Shown piece after piece: positions 61,486 to 64,000 of a stretch of 64,000 nucleotides of DNA (its first letter is position 1; each line of letters opens with the position of its first letter). The position numbers and the translations under genes were made by a program. The notes under the pieces are model-generated. The model was given only the letters and a program-made list of their open reading frames with translations. It had not been told where the DNA came from and did no database searches. The stretch is taken from positions 248,001 through 312,000 of the forward strand of contig NIVC01000387.1 of assembly GCA_002269645.1 (NCBI GenBank), in the 5' to 3' direction. Origin of the DNA: Macrostomum lignano (Eukaryota).

Positions 61486-64000
61486 ATGGGCTGTCTGCCA
61501 CGCATCAAAAGCCCGAAGGTGGCTGTCATTCTGCTGACCTTCTACGCCTTCACCAGCGGCTGCCTCTCCACCTACCTGGTGTCCATGATCAGCACTCTGG
61601 AGAAGAGGTTCGAGTGGCCGACCTCCCGGGTGGGCTGGCTGTTGGCCGCTGACGACCTCGGCTACCTCACCACCGTCCTGCTGGTGGCCTACTACGGTGG
61701 CAAGGGTCGGCAGAGCCTGGTGCTCAGCCTCAGCGCCTTCTTCCTCTTTGTGTCGGCCTGCATGCGGGCGCTGCCCTACCTGCTATTCGGACCGAAGTTC
61801 GGGGTGGACCAAATCCGCGGCCTGTTTGGTGGCGCCGTCAACGCCAGCATCGGATCGGCGAACAGCACGGAGACCCTCATAGAGGTTCTTGTACCTAATC
61901 TAGCCCATCAGCAGGCGGTCTCTTTTGCCATCCAGTTCGCTGGCGGCGTTGTGCAGGGTGTCGCAGCTACGCCGTTCTGGAATGTCGGAATGGCGCTGGT
62001 GGACGACATGGCGGGCCGTAACAGCGGAATCTTCATGGGTGAGTCGCTTGCACCAGGTGTAAACCAGGGAGTGGGGGCTGATTGGGGGTAGGAAATCTAG
62101 AGAAGCCGGGGTGGGGGTGGGTGGCTGATTGGGGGTAGGAATTCTAGAAAGGCCCGGAGTGGGGTGGGTGGCTGATTGGGGTAGGAAATCTAGTGAGGCG
62201 CGTGAGTGAGAGGGTAGAAAATTTGCGGAAGAAGAATAGGGGTTAGCTAAGAGCGCAAATATGGTTATGCCGAATTATTAAAGATTTAAATCCAGTCAGT
62301 TGGTCACCAATCACGTGACAGTCAGCAGATGAAATTTCGTGCATTTTTCGCGCTTTATCGAGCACAAAAAGGAGTCAATGCATTTTTACGCGGGCCAATT
62401 AAGCAGGAATTTTGAAAGTCGTGCTCAGAATTGAGCGAATGGGAGCAGCGGCTATCTCTCTAGAGGTGGCACAGGCTCAGCTTATCTGGCCGCAATTCTC
62501 TCACTTGGCACCGAAGCACAAAGACGGCAAGATTTTTTGGCCAGGGCAATGCCATGAGCTAATGTACCCTCCTTGAATTTTGACTTGAACTTTCCTTGAC
62601 TTGAAATTTTGAGATAAAAGCATGAATCTTCTTGAATTACAATTTTTTCGGATTTTTAATATCCTTTTGCCCTCTGCAGCTTGCTGCATTTATCCAATTA
62701 ACTATACCTGATAACTATAAAATATATTCACCCTCCGGTCACCCTCCGGTCACCCTCCGGTCACCCTCCGGTCACCCTCCGGTCACCCTCCGGTCACCCT
62801 CCGGTCACCCTCCGGTCACCCTCCGGTCACCCTCCGGTCACCCTCCGGTCACCCTCCGGTCACCCTCCGGTCACCCTCCGGTCACCCTCCGGTCACCCTC
62901 CGGTCACCCTCCGGTCACCCTCCGGTCACCCTCCGGTCACCCTCCGGTCATTCTCCGGTCACCCTCCGGTCACCCTCCGGTCACCCTCCGGTCACCCTCC
63001 GGTCACCCTCCGGTCACCCTCCGGTCACCCTCCGGTCACCCTCCGGTCACCCTCCGGTCACCCTCCGGTCACCCTCCGGTCACCCTCCGGTCACCCTCCG
63101 GTCACCCTCCGGTCACCCTCCGGTCACCCTCCGGTCACCCTCCGGTCACCCTCCGGTCACCCTCCGGTCACCCTCCGGTCACCCTCCGGTCACCCTCCGG
63201 TCACCCTCCGGTCACCCTCCGGTCACCCTCCGGTCACCCTCCGGTCACCCTCCGGTCACCCTCCGGTCACCCTCCGGTCACCCTCCGGTTACCCTCCGGT
63301 CACCCTCCGATCACCTTCCACTCGCCCGCCCCAATCCCGCAGGCTTCCTCTTCCTGGTGCGCACAATGTCCCCAATCGTCGGCTTCCTGTTCGGCAGTTT
63401 CCTCATCACGGTGAACGAAGGCCTGGTGCTGCGGCCCGAGGAATTCCCGCAGGGCCTCAAAGATCCGATGTGGGTCGGCGCCTGGTGGCTGGGCATCGTT
63501 GTAGCCGGTGAGTCCGTGGGTTTGATCGCCAAATGAGAGTTCAGCTGCGGGTGCAAAACTCGACTCCAGCTTGACTGACAGGCGGCCTCGAGGCCTGCCG
63601 CCAGTATCTTATCGCCTTATCTTGGGCGCTTTGTGCCTCAGTGCGACTGAGGATCCAGCAAAGGTTTTCCGACGTTCCCGATTCCTGGAAATGAAGATCG
63701 CGTGATCTCAATTGAGAATATCTATCGAGGCGTACCAGCAGTCTGTAGACTGAATTTAAGTTTGAAAGACTAAAATATTATGCTTGATTTTCAGGCAGAA
63801 AAGAATTTATATTCTTTGTTTGGCCTTCCATTGGTAGCAGCTAAGAATCTCACCTGGAAACCTGGAAAAATCGAATTCTACATAACTCGAACGAATGCAC
63901 CGGGGAGATGCAGAATTCTAGGAAATTCAGTCTAGCAGCCTCGCACCGCCCCCCCCCCCGCAGGCTGCATCGTGCTGGTGAACACCCCGTTGCTGACCAT
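61486..64000 (+). CDS. Organic anion transporting polypeptide (SLCO/OATP family), 5' exons; continues beyond window
   Basis: Exons 61486-62038, 63343-63507 and 63964-end; phase 1 junctions consistent. Motifs SMISTLEKRF, VAYYGGKG, GGVVQGVAATP, ALVDD and the family signature DPMWVGAWWLG. Confidence 0.9.
62720..63316. repeat. 11-bp minisatellite (CACCCTCCGGT)n in SLCO intron 1
   Basis: About 53 copies, ending ~25 nt before the acceptor. Confidence 0.96.

Overview
Eukaryotic (animal) genomic DNA with GC-rich exons, GT-AG introns and introns packed with locus-specific minisatellites. This style resembles the flatworm Macrostomum lignano (inference, not verified). Genes read from the sequence: 3' end of acetyl-CoA carboxylase (+); a catalytically degenerate seryl-tRNA-synthetase paralogue of SLIMP type (-, two copies); a 3-exon DEG/ENaC channel (-); a 12-exon acid sphingomyelinase (-); a truncated neprilysin-like membrane protein (-); MTRES1 (+); a small PY-motif membrane protein (+); a 5-exon anoctamin (-); and the 5' part of an SLCO/OATP transporter (+). 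A recent ~6.3 kb near-tandem duplication (1134-7454 / 8150-14486) copies the ACC last exon and the SLIMP-like gene. The most striking feature is a Gypsy LTR retrotransposon in an ENaC intron. It has identical LTRs and a 5-bp TSD, but its gag-PR-RT(N) half is inverted between 42-bp inverted repeats built from the LTR end and PBS. Other notable items: a SLIMP-like first exon with no ATG that would be in frame with a trans-spliced-leader AUG, an 875-bp TA...TA insertion with a 5-bp TSD, a MULE-type MITE whose empty site is present in the duplicate, a perfect (CTA)240 tract behind a LINE-like 3' end, and small duplications that create decoy splice sites. Family assignments rest on motif recognition from memory; no searches were run.
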